NCBI RefSeq assembly: GCF_009914755.1 | Contig: NC_060944.1 | Source: the human T2T-CHM13v2.0 reference genome, Homo sapiens | Length of the DNA stretch: 64,000 nucleotides | Strand: one strand, 5' to 3' | Shown here: piece by piece, positions 1 through 13,600 of the stretch | Layout: every line of letters starts with the position of its first letter | Position numbering within the stretch: the stretch's first letter is position 1 | Notes under the pieces: model-generated | Database searches by the model: none | What the model was told of the DNA's origin: nothing | What the model saw: the letters and a program-made list of their open reading frames with translations, nothing else | Translations under genes and position numbers: made by a program

Positions 1-378
1 TTTTCATTGAGCAGTTTGGAAACACTCTTTTTGTAGAATCCGCAAGTGGACATTTGGAGCGATTTGGTGCCTATGGTAGAAAAGGAAACATTTTCACATA
101 AATTATAGACAGAAGCAATCAGAGAAACTACTTTGTGATGTGTGCATTCATCTCATAGAGTTAAAACTTTCTTTTGAGTGAGCAGTTTTGAAACTGTCTT
201 TTTGTAGAATCTGTAAGTGGATATTTGGAGCTTTCTGAGGCCTACGGTGGAAAAAGAAATATCTTCACATAAAAACTAGACAGAAGAATTCTGAGAAACT
301 TCTTTGTGATGTGTTCATTCATCTCAGAGAGTTGATCCTTTCTTTTGATTGAGCAGTTTTTAAACTCTCTATTTGGGA
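1..378 (+). repeat. Alpha-satellite monomers, block 1 (runs off the window start)
   Basis: 171-bp units with GAGAAACTTCTTTGTGATGTG...CATTCATCTCA...GAGCAGTTT...GTAGAATC; carries the AAGCAATC/AAGAATTC dimer variants also seen in block 2. Confidence 0.97.
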
Positions 379-3300
379 TATAAAGATATTTGCTTTTCTA
401 CCATAAGCCACAAAGAGTTCCAAATGTCCACCTGCAGATTCTACAAAAAGAGTGTTTCCAAACTGCTCAATCAAAAGACAGGTTCAGCTCTTTGAGATGA
501 ACGTACACATCACAGAGAAGTTTCTCAGATTGCTTCTTTCCATATTTTATGTGAAGATATTTCCATTTCTACCATAGGCCACAAAGCGCTCCAAATGTCC
601 ACTTGCATATTCAAAAAAAAGCGTGTTTCCAAACTGCTCAATCAATAGAAAGGTTCAACTCTCAGAGATGAACGTACACATCACAAAGAAGTTTGTCAGA
701 ATTGTTCTGTCTAGTTTTTATGTGAAGAGATTTCCTTTTCCAACATAGCCCTCAAAGTGTTCCAAATGTCCACTTGCAGATTATACAAAAAGAGAGTTTC
801 AAAACTGCTCAATGAAAAGAAAGGTTTAGCACTGTGAGATGAATGCACACATCACAAAGAAGTTTCTCAGATTGCTTCTGTCTAGATTTTATGTGAAGAT
901 ATTTCCTTTCCTAACATAGGCTGCTAAGCGTTCCAAATGTCCACTTGCAGATGCTACAAAAAGAGTGTTTCCTAACTTCTCAATCAAAAGAAAGGTTCAA
1001 CTGTGTGAGATGAACGCACACATCACTAAGAAGTTTCTCAGAATTCTTCTGTCTAGTTTTTATGTGAAGATATTTCCTTTTCCACCACAGGCATTTAAGC
1101 ACTCCAAATGTCCATGTGCAGATACTTCAAAAAGAGAGTTTCAAAACTGATCAATCAAAAGAAAGGTTTAACTGTGTGAGATGAATAAACACATCACAAA
1201 GAAGTTTGAATGAACACATCACAAAGAAGTTTCTCAGTTGATTTTTTCTAGATTTCATGTGAAGATATTTCGTTTTCTACCATAGGCCGCAAAGAGCTCC
1301 AAATGTCCACTTGCAGATTCTACAAAAAGAGTGTTTCCAAACTGCTCAATCAAAAGAAAGGCTGAACTCCGTGGGATGAATGCACGCATCACAGAGAAGT
1401 TTTTCAGAATTCTTCTGTCTAGTTTTTATGAGAAGATATTTCTTTTTCCACCTTTGGCCTCAAAGCACTCCAAATGTCCACTTGCAGATTCTATAAAAAA
1501 AGAGTTTCAAAACTCTTCAATCAAAAGAAAGTTGTAACTCTGTGAGATGAATGCACACATCACAAAGAAGTTTCTCAGATTACTTCTGTCTAGATTTTAT
1601 GCGAAGATATTTCCTTTTCTACCTAAGGGGGCAAAGTAATCCAAATGTCCACTTGCAGAATCTACAAAAAGAGTGTTTCCAAACTGCTTAACCAAAAGAA
1701 AGCTTCAACTCTGAGAGATGAATACATGCATAACAAAAAAGTTTCTCAGAATTCTTCTGTCTAGTTTTTATGTGAAGATATTTCCTTTTCCACCATAGGC
1801 CTCAAAGTGCTCCAGATGGCCATTTGCAGATTCTACAAAAAGAGAGTTTCAGAACTGCTCAATCAAAAGAAAGTTTTAACTATGTGAGGTGAACGCACAC
1901 ATCGCAAAGAAGTTTCTCAGTTTGCTTCTATCTAGATTTTATCTGAAGATGTTTCCTTTTCTACCATAGGCCACAAAGCACTCCTAATGTCCACTTGCAG
2001 ATTATACAAAGGACTGTTTCCAAACTGCTCAATCAAAAGAAAGGTTCAACTCTGTGGGTGGAATGCACGCATCACAAATAAGTTTCTCAGAATTCTTCTG
2101 TCTAGTTTTTATGTGAAGATATTTCCTTTTCCACCATTGGCCTTTAAGAGCTCCAAATGTCCACTTGCAGATTCTACAAAAAGAGAGTTTCAAAACTGCT
2201 CAATCAAAAGAAAGGTTTAACTCTGTGAGATGAATGCACGCATCACAAAGAAGTTTCTCAGTTTGCTTCTTTCTAGATTTTATGTGAAGATATTTCCTTT
2301 TCTACCTTAGTCCGCAAAGCACTCCTAATGTCCACTTGCAGATTCTACAAAAAGAGGGTTTCCAAACTGCTCAATAAAAAGGAAGATTCAACCCTGTGAG
2401 ATGAACGCACACATCACAAAGAACTTTCTCAGAATTCTTCTGTCTAGTTTTTATGTGAAGATATTTCCTTTCCCACTATAGGCCTCAAAAGGCTCAAAAT
2501 ATCCACTTGCAGATTCTACAAAAAGAGAGTTTCAAAACTCCTCAATCAAAAGAAAGATTTAACTCTGTGAGATGAATGCACACTTCACAAATGAGTTCCT
2601 CAGATTGCTACTGTCTAGATTTTATATGAAGATATTTCCTTTTCTACTGTAGGCCCCAAAGCGCTCTGAATATTCACTTGCATATTCTACAAAAAGAGTG
2701 TTTCCAAACTGCTCAATGAAAAGAAAGGTTCAACTATGTGAGATGAATGCACACATCACAAAGAACTTTCTCAGAATTCTTCTGTCTAGTTTTTATGTGA
2801 AGATATTTCCTTTTCCACCACAGGCATTTAAGCAATCAAAATGTCCACTTGCAGATACTTCAAAAAAAGAGTTTCAAAACAGCTCAATCAAAAGAAAGGT
2901 TTAACTCCGTGAGATGAATGTACACCTCACAAAGAAGTTTCTCAACTTTCTTTTGTCTAGATTTTATGTGAAGTTATGTCCTTTTCTGACATAGGAAGCA
3001 AAGCACTCCAAATGTCCACTTGCAGATGATCCTACAAAAAGAGAGTTTCAAAGCTCTTCAATCAAAAGAAAGGTTTAACACTGTGAGATGAATACACACA
3101 TCACAAAGATGTTTCTCAGATTGCTTCTGTCTAGATTTTATGTGAAGATATTTCCTTTTCTACCATAGGCCACAAAGCGCTCCAAATGTTCACTTGCAGA
3201 TGCTACAAAAAGAGTGTTTCCAAACTACTCAATCAAAAGAAATTTTGAACTCTGTGAGAAGAATGGACATGTCACAAAGTGGTTTCTCACAATTCTTCTG

Positions 3301-3401
3301 TGTAGTTTTCTGTGAAGAAATTTTCTTTTCCACCAAAGGCCTCAAAGCGCTAAAAATATCCACTTGCAGATTCTACAAAAAGAGACTTTCAAAACTGATC
3401 A

Positions 3402-4391
<990 letters not shown>

Positions 4392-4656
4392 ACAATGAGA
4401 TCACATGGACACAGGAAGGGGAACATCACACTCTGGGGACTGTGGTGGGGTGGGGGGAGGTGGGAGGGATAGCATTGGGAGATATACCTAATGCTAGATG
4501 ACGAGTTAGTGGGTGCAGCGCACCAGCATGGCACACGTATACATATGTAACTAACCTGCACAATGTGCACATGTACCCTAAAACTTAAAGTATAATAAAA
4601 AAATAAAATAAAATAAAATAAAATAAAATAAAATAAAAAAAGATTCCTTTGGAAAA

Positions 4657-4680
4657 CACACACACACACACACACACACA
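4657..4680 (+). repeat. (CA)12 microsatellite inside the L1 TSD boundaries
   Basis: Direct reading. Confidence 0.95.
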
Positions 4681-7600
4681 AAACCCAAAGAAATGTTTAA
4701 CTCTGTGAGATGAATGCACACATCAAAAAGAAGTTTCTCAGATTGCTTCTTTCTAGATTTTAAGTGAAGCTATTTCCTTTTGTACCATAGGCAGAAAAGT
4801 GCTGCAAATATCCACTTGCAGATACTACAAAAATAGTGTTTCCAAACTGCTAAATCAAAAGAAAGCTTCAACTCTGTGAGATGAACGCACACATCACAAA
4901 GAAGTTTCCCAGAATTCTTCTGTTTTTTATGTGAAGTTATTTCCTTTTCAACTATAGGCCTCAAGGCACTGCAAATGTCCACTTGCAGATTCTACAAAAA
5001 CAGAGTTTCGAAACTGCTCTATCAAAAGAAAGGTTTAACTCTGAGATGAATGCACACATCACAGAAGTTTCCCAGATTTCTTCTGTCTAGAATTTATATG
5101 AAGATATTTCCTTTTCTACCATAAACCACGAAGTGCTCCAAATATCCACTTGCAGATTCTACAAAAAGAGTGTTTCCATACTGCTCAATCGAAAGAAAAT
5201 TTTAACTCTGGGAGATGAATGCACATATCACAAACAAGTTTCTCAGACTGGTTCTGTCTTGGTTTTATGTGAAGATATTTCCTTTTGTACCATAGAGCGC
5301 AAAGTGCTCCAATTGTCCACTTGCAGATTCTACAAAAAGAGTGTTTACAAACTGCTCAATCAAAAGAAAGCTTCAACTCTGTGAGATGAAAGCACACATC
5401 ACAAAGAAGTTTCTCAGAATTCTTCTGTCTAGTTTTAATGTGAAAATAATTCCTTTCCCACTATAGGCCTAAAAACGCTCAAAATGTCCACTGGCAGATT
5501 CTACAAAAAGAGAATTTCAAAACTCCTCAATCAAAAGAAAGGTTTAACTCTGTGGGATGAATGCACATGTCACAAAGTAGTTGCTCAGATTGTTTCTGTC
5601 TAGATTCTATGTGAAGATATTTCCTTTTTTAACTTTGGCCGCAAAGCGCTCCAGATGTCCACTTGCAGATTCTACAAAAAGATTGTTGCCAAAATGCTTA
5701 ATCAAAACAAAGTTTCAACCCTGTGAGATGAACTCAGGCATCACAAAGAAGTTTCTCATAATTCTTCTATCTTGTTTTTATGTGAAGATATTTCCTTTTC
5801 CACCATAGGCCTCAAAGCGCTCCAAATGTCCACTTGCAGATTGTATAAAAAGAGATTTTATAGACTGTTTAATCAAAAGAAATGTTTAACTCTGTGAGGT
5901 AAATGCATACATCAAAAAGTAGTTTCTGAGATTGCTTCTGTCTAGATTTTACGTGAAGATATTTCCTTTTCCACCGTAGGCCACAAAGCGCTGGAAATGT
6001 CCACTTGCAGATTGCACAAAAAGAGTGTTTCCAAACTGCTGAATGAAAAGAAAGGTTCAACACTGTGAGATGAATGCAAGCAGCACAAAGAAGTTTCTCC
6101 AGATTCTTCTTTCTAGTTTTCATATGAAAATATTTCCTTTTCCACCATAGGCCTCAAAGCTCTCCAAATGTCCACTTGCAGATTATACAAAAAGAGAGTT
6201 TGAAAACTGCTCAATCAATAGAAAGGTGTAACTCTGTGAGATGAATGCACAAATCACAAAGGAGCTTCTCAGATGCTTCTGTCTAGATTTTATGTGAAGA
6301 TATTTCCTTTTCTAACATTGGCCGCAAAGTGCTCCAAATGTCCTCTTGCAGATTCTACAAAAAGATTATTTCCAAAATGCTCAAAAAAAAAGGTTCAATT
6401 CTCTGAGATGAATGCATGCATCCCAAAGAAGTTTCTCAGAATTCTTCTTTCTAGTTTTTATGTGAAGATATTTCCTTTTCCACCACATGCCTCAAAGCGC
6501 TACAAATGTCCAATTGCAGATTCTACGAAAGGATACTTTCAAAAATCCTCAATCAAAAGAAAGGGTTAACTCTATGAGACGAATGTGCACATCACAAAGA
6601 AGTTTCTCAGATTGCTTCCGTCTAGATTTTATGTGAAGATATTTCCTTTTCTGCCATAGGCCGCAAAGCACTCCAAATGTCCACTTGCAGATTCTACAAA
6701 AAGAGAGCTTCAATACTGCTCAATCAAAAGAAAGATTTAACTCTGTGAGATGAACACACACATCACAAAGAAGTTTCTCAGAATTCTTCTCTCTAGTTTT
6801 CATGTGAAGATATTTACTTTTCGCCAGAGGCCTCAAAGTGCTCCAAATGTCCAGTTTCAGATTCCACAAAAAGAGAATTTCGAAACTGCTAAATCTGAAG
6901 AAAGGTTCAATTCTGTGAGATGAATTCACATATCAAAAGAAGTTTCTCAGATTGCTTCTGTCTAGATTTTATGTGAAGATATTTCCATTTTCACCATAGG
7001 GGCCAAAGCGCTCCAAATGTCCACTTCCAGATTCTACAAAAGGAGTGTTTCCAAGCTGCTTAATCAAAAGAAAGGTTCAACTCTGTGGGATGAACGCACG
7101 CATCACAAAGTTGTTTCTCGGAATTCTTCTGTCTAGTATTTATATGAAGTTATTTCATTTTCCACCATAGGCTTCAAGGCGCTTGAAATGTCCACTTGCA
7201 GATTCTACAAAAAGAGTATTTCAAAACTATTCCATCAAAAGAAAGGTTTAACTCTGTTAGATGACTGCACACATCACAAAGAAGTTTCTCAGATTGCTTC
7301 TGTCTAGATTTCATCTGAAGATACTTCCTTTTCTAACATAGGCCTCAAAGCGCTCCAAATGTCCACTTGCAGATTCCACAAAAAGAGGTTTTCAAAACTG
7401 CTCGATCAAAGGAAATGTTCAACTCAGAGATGAATGCACACATGAGAAAGAAGTTACTCGGAATGCTTCTGTCTAGATTTTATGTGAAGATATTACCTTT
7501 TCTACCATAGGTCACAAAGCGCTCCAAATGTCCACTTGCAGATTCTACAAAAACAGAGTTTAAAAACTGCTCAATCAAAAGAAATATTTAACACTTTGAG

Positions 7601-10600
7601 ATGAATGCACACATCACAAAGAACTTTCTCAGATTGCTTCTGTCTAGGTTTTATGTGAAGATACATCCTTTTCTAACCTAGGCCACAAAGGGCTCCTAAT
7701 GTCCACTTGCAGATACTACAAAAAGAGAGTTTGAAAACTGCTCCATCAAAAGAAAGGTTCAACTCTGTGAGATGAATGCACACGTCACAAAGAAGTTTCT
7801 TAGAATTCTTCTGTTTAGTTTTTATGTGAAGATATTTCCTTTTCCACTAAAGGCCTCAAAGCCCTCCAACTGTCCATTTGCAGATTCTACAAAGGAGAGT
7901 TTCAAAACTGCTCAATCAAAAGAAAGTTTCAACTCTGTGGGATGAACGCAGGCATCAAAAAGAAGTTCCCCAGAATTCTTCTGTGTGGTTTTTATGTGAA
8001 GATATTTCCTTTTCCGACATAGGCCCCAAAGCGCTCCAAAAGTCCTCTTGTAGATTCTACAAAAAGAGAGTTTCAAAACTGGTCAATCAAAAGAAAGTTT
8101 AACTTGGTGAGATGAATGCACACATCACAAAGAAGTTTCTCAGATTGCTTCTGTCTAGATTTTATGTGAAGATATTTCCTTCTCTATCATAGGTCGCCAG
8201 ACTCTCCAATTGTCCACATGCAGATTCTACAAAAGAGTGTTTCCAAACTGCTCAATCAAAAGAAAAGTTCAACTCTGTGAGATGAACACACGAATCACAA
8301 AGAAGTTACTCAGAATACTTCTATCGAGTTTTTATGTGAAGATATTTCCTTTGCCACCTTAGGCCTCAAAGAGCTCAAAATGTCCACATACAGAATCTAC
8401 AAAAAGAGGGTTTAAAAACTGCTCAATCAAAAGAAAGGTTTAAATATGTGAGATGAATGCACACATCAAAAAGGAGTTTCTCAGATTGCTTCTGCATAGA
8501 TTTTATGAGAAGATATTTCCTTTTCTACCATAGGTCACAAAGCTCTCCAAATGTCCTCTTGCAGATACTACAAAAAGTGTGTTTCCAAAGTGCCCAATCA
8601 AAAGAAAGTTTCAACTCTGTGAGATGAACCCACGCATCACAAAGAAGTTTCTCAGAATTCTTATGTCTAGTTTTTATGTGAATATATTTCATTTTCCACC
8701 ATAGGTCTCAAGGCGCTCAAAATGTCGACTTGCATATTCTACAAAAAGTGTATTTCAAAACTGGTCCATCAAAAGAAAAGTTCAACTCTGGGAGATGAAG
8801 GCACACATCACAAATAAGTTTCTCAGAATGCTTCTATCTAATTTTTATGTGAAGATATTTCCTATTCCACCATTGGCCTCAAAGCCCTCAAAATGTCCAC
8901 TTGCAGATTCTACAAAAAGAGATTTTCAAAACTGCTCAATCAAAAGAAAACTTCCACTCTGTGAGACCATTGCACTCATCTAAAGAATTTTCTCAGATTG
9001 CTTCTGTCTAGATTTTATTTGAAGATATTTCCTTTTTTACCATAGGCCGCAAAGCACTCCAAATATCCACTTCCAGATTCTACAAAAAGAGAGCTTCCAA
9101 ACTGCTCAATCAAAAGAAAGGTTCAACTTTGAGAGATGAACGCACACATCAGAAAGATGTTTCTCAGAATTCTTCTGTATAATTTTTATATGAAGATATT
9201 TCCTTTTCCACCATAGGTCTCAAAGCTCTTCAAATCTCCACTTGCAGATGCTACAAAAAGAGAGTTTCAAAACTGCTCAATCAAAAGAAAGGTTTACCTC
9301 TGTGAGATGAACGCACACATCACAAAGAAGTTTCTGAGAATTCTTTTGTCTAGTTTTTATGTGAAGATATTTGCTTTTCCACCATAGGCCTCAAGGCACT
9401 CAAAGTGTCCACTTGCAGATTCTACAAAAAGAGTATTTCAAAACGGTCCATTAAAAGAAAAGTTCAGTTCTGGGAGATGAATGCAAACATCACAAATAAG
9501 TTTCTCAGAATGGTTTTATCTAGTTTTTATGTGAAGATATTTCCCTTTCCATCATAGGCCTCAAAGCGCTCCAAATGTCTGTTTGCAGATTCTACAAAAA
9601 GAGAGTTTCAAAACTGCTCAATCAAAAGAAATGTTTAACTCTGTGACATGAATGCACACATCACAGAGAATTTCTCATATTCCTTTTGTCTTGATTTTTT
9701 GTGAAGACATTTCCTTTCCTACCATAGGCAGCAAAGCGATCCAAATGTCCACTTGCAGATACTACAAAAAGAGTGTTTCGAGACTGCTCAATCAAAAGGA
9801 AGGTTCAACTCTGTGAGATGAAAGCACACATCACAAAGAAGTTTCCCAGATTGCTTCTGTCTAGATTTTATGTTAAGATATTTTCTTTTCCACCATAGGC
9901 CTCAAAGCGCTCCAAATGTACACTTGCAGATTCTTCAAAAAGAGAGTTTCAAAACTGCTCAATCAAAAGAAAGTTTTAACTCTGAGTGATGAATGCAAAC
10001 ATCACAAAGAAGTTTCTCAGATTGCTTCTGTCTAAATTTTATGAGAAGATATTTCCCTTTCTACCACAGGCCGGAAAGTGCTCCAAATGTTCACTTGCAG
10101 GTTCTACAAAAAGAGTGGTTCCAAACTGCTCAATCAAAAGAAAGGTTCAACTATGTGAGATGAACGCACGCATCACAAACAAGTTTCTCAGAATTCTTCT
10201 GTCTAGTTTTTCTGTGACATTATTTCCTTTTCCACCATAGGCCTCAAAGCGCTCCAATTGTCCACTTCCAGATCCCTCAAAAAGAGAGTTTCAAAACAGC
10301 TGAGTCAATAAAAAGTATTAAGTCTGTGAGATGAATGCACACATCAAAAAGAAGTTTCCCAGATTCCTTCTGTCTAGATTTTATGTGAAGATATTTCCTT
10401 TTCCACCATGGGCCTAAAAGAGCTCCAAATGTTCACTCGCAGATTCTATAAAAAAAGAATTTCAAAACTGCTAAATCAAAGGAAAGTTTTCACTCTGTGA
10501 GATGAATGCGCACAATACAATGAAGTTTCTCTGATTGCTTTTGTCTAGATTTTTGTGAAGATATTTCCACCATAGGCCTCAAAGCGCTCCAAATGTCCAC

Positions 10601-13600
10601 TTGCAGATTCTACAAAAAGAGTATTTCAAAACTGGTCCATCAAAAGAAAGGTTCAACTCTGTGAGATAAACGCACACATCACTGAGAAGTTTCTCAGAAT
10701 TCTTCCGTCTTGTTATTATATGAAGATATTTCCTTTTCCACCATAGGCCTCAAAGCGCTCCAAATGTCCACTTGCAGGTTCTACAAAAAGAGAGTTACAA
10801 AACTGCTTAATCAAAAGAAAGGTTAAATTTTGTGAGATGAACGCACACATTTCAAAGTATGTTTCTCAGATTGTTTCTGTCTAGATTTTATGTGAAATTA
10901 TTTCCTATCATACCATAGGCCGCAAAGCACTCCAAATGTCCACTTGAAGATTCTGCAAAAAAAGTTTCCAAACTGCTCAATCAAAAGAAAGTTTCAACGC
11001 TGTGAGATGAACTGATGCATCACAAAGAAGTTTCTCAGAATTCTTCTGTCTAGTTTTTATGTGAAGATATCTCCTTTTCCACCATAGGCCTCAAAGCGCT
11101 CCAAATGTTCACTTGCAGATTCTACCAAGAGTGTTTCAAAGCTGCTCAATCAAAAGCAAGGTTTAACTCTGAGATAAATGCACACATCACAAAGAAGTTT
11201 CTTAGAAGACTTCTATCTAGTTTTTATGTGAACATATATCCTTATCCTCAATAGGCCTCAAAGTCCTCCAATTGTCCACTTGCAGATTCTACAAAAAGAG
11301 TGCTTCAAAACTGCTCAATGAAAAGTACATTTCAACTCTGTGAGTTGAATGCACACATCACAAAGTAGTTTGTCAGACTGCTTGTCTGATTTTTATGTGA
11401 AGATATTTCCTTTTCCACCATAGTCCTCAAAGCACTCCAAATGTCGACTTGCTGATTCTACAAAAAGAGTGTTTCAAAGCTGATCAATTAAAAGAAAGGT
11501 TCAATTCAGTGTGATATAAACACACACATCACAAAGAAGTTTCTCATAATACTTCTGTCTAGTTATTATATGAAGATATTTGGTTATCCACCATAGGCTT
11601 CAAATCCCTCTAAATGTCCACTTGCATATTCTACAAAAAGAGTGTTTCAAAACTGCTCAATCAAAAGAAAGGGTCAACTCTGGAAGATGAATGCACAAAT
11701 CAAAAAAAGTTTTTCAGAAGAATTCTGTCTAGTTTTTATGTGAAGATATCTCCTTTTCCACCATAGGCCTCAAAGCGCTCCAAATGTCCCCTTGCAGATT
11801 CTACAAAAAGAGTGTTTCAAAGCTGCTCAATCAAAAGAAAGGTTAAACTCAGTGAGACGAATGCACATATCACAAAGAAATTTGTCAGAACGCTTCTGTC
11901 TAGTTTTTATGTGAATATATTTCCTTTTTCACCATATACCTGAAATCGTTCCAAATGTCCACTTGCAGATTCTATAAAAAGAGTGTTTCCAAATTGCTCA
12001 ATAAAAAGAAAGGTTCAGCTCTGTGAGATGAACACACCCATCACAAACAGGTTTCTCAGAATTCATTTGTCTCGTTTTTATGTGAAGATATTTCCTTCTC
12101 CACCATAGGTCTCAAAGCGCTCCAAATGTCCACTTGCAGATTCTACAAAAAGAGTGTTTCAAAACTGCTCAATCAAAAGAAATGTTCAACTCTGTGAGAT
12201 GAATGCACACATCACAAAGAATTTTCTCAGAATGCTTCTGTCTAGTTATTATGTGTAGATATTTCCTTTTCCACCATAGACCTCAAAGTGCTCCAAATAT
12301 ACACTTGCAGATTCTACAAAAACTGTGTTTCAAAACTGCTCAATGAAAAGTAAGGTTCAACTCTGTGAGATGAATGCACACATCACAAAGATGTTTGCTA
12401 GAATGTTTCTGTCTAGTTCTTAAGTGAAGATATTTCCTTTTCTACCATAGGCCACAAAGCACTCCAAATATCCACTTGCAGATTCTACAACAAGAGTGTT
12501 TCAAAACGGCTCAATCGATAGTGAGGTTCAACTTTGTGAGATGAACGCACACATCACAAGTTAGTTTGTCAGAATGCTTCTGTCTAATTTTTAAGTGAAG
12601 ATATTTCCTTTTCCACCATAGTCCTCAAAGTGCTCCAAATGTACACTTGTAGAATCTAAAAAAAGAGTGTTTTAAAAGTGCTCAATCAAAAGAAATGTTC
12701 AACTCTGTGAGATGAAGGCACATATCACAAAGAAGTTTGTCAGAATGTTTCTGTCCAGTTTTGAAACACAATTTTTGTACTATCTGCAGTGGACTTTTGG
12801 AGTGCTTTGAGGCCTATGGTGGATAAGGAAATATCTTCACATAAAGACTAGACAGAAGCATTCTGACAAATTTCTTTGAGATGTGTGCATTCATCTCACA
12901 GAGTTGAACATTTCTTTTGATTGAGTAATTTGGTAACTCTCTAGAATCTGCAAGTGGACGTTTGGAGCGCTATGAGGCCTATGGTCGAAAAGGAAATATC
13001 TTCAATTAAAAACTACACAGAAGCATTCTTACAAACTTCTTTGTGATGTGTGCATTCATCTCACTGAGTTGAACCATTATTTTGATTGAGCACTTTTGAA
13101 ACATTCTCTGTGTAGAATCTGCAAATGGACATTTGGAGGGCTTTGCGACCTATGGTGGAAAAGGAAATATCCTCACATAAAAACCAGACTGAAGTATTCT
13201 GACAAACTTCTTTGTGATGTGTGCATTCATCTCAGTGAGTTGAACCATTCTTTTGATTGGGCAGTTTTGAAACACTCTTTGTAAAATTTGCAAGTAGACA
13301 TTTGGAGCGCTTTGCGGCCTATGTTGGAAAAGGAATCATCACACATAAAAACTAGACAGAAGCAACCTGACAAACTTCTTTGTGATGTGTGCATTCATCT
13401 CAAAGGGTTGAACCTTACTTTCAATTGAGCAGTTTTGAAACACTCTTTTTGTAGAATCTGCAGTTGGTCATTTGGAGTGCTTTGAGGTCTACGGTGGAAA
13501 ATGAAATATCTTCAATTAAAAATTAGACAGAAGCATTCTGAGAGATTTCTTTGTGGTGTGTTTATTCATGTCACAGAGTTGAAATTTTCTTTTGATTGAG

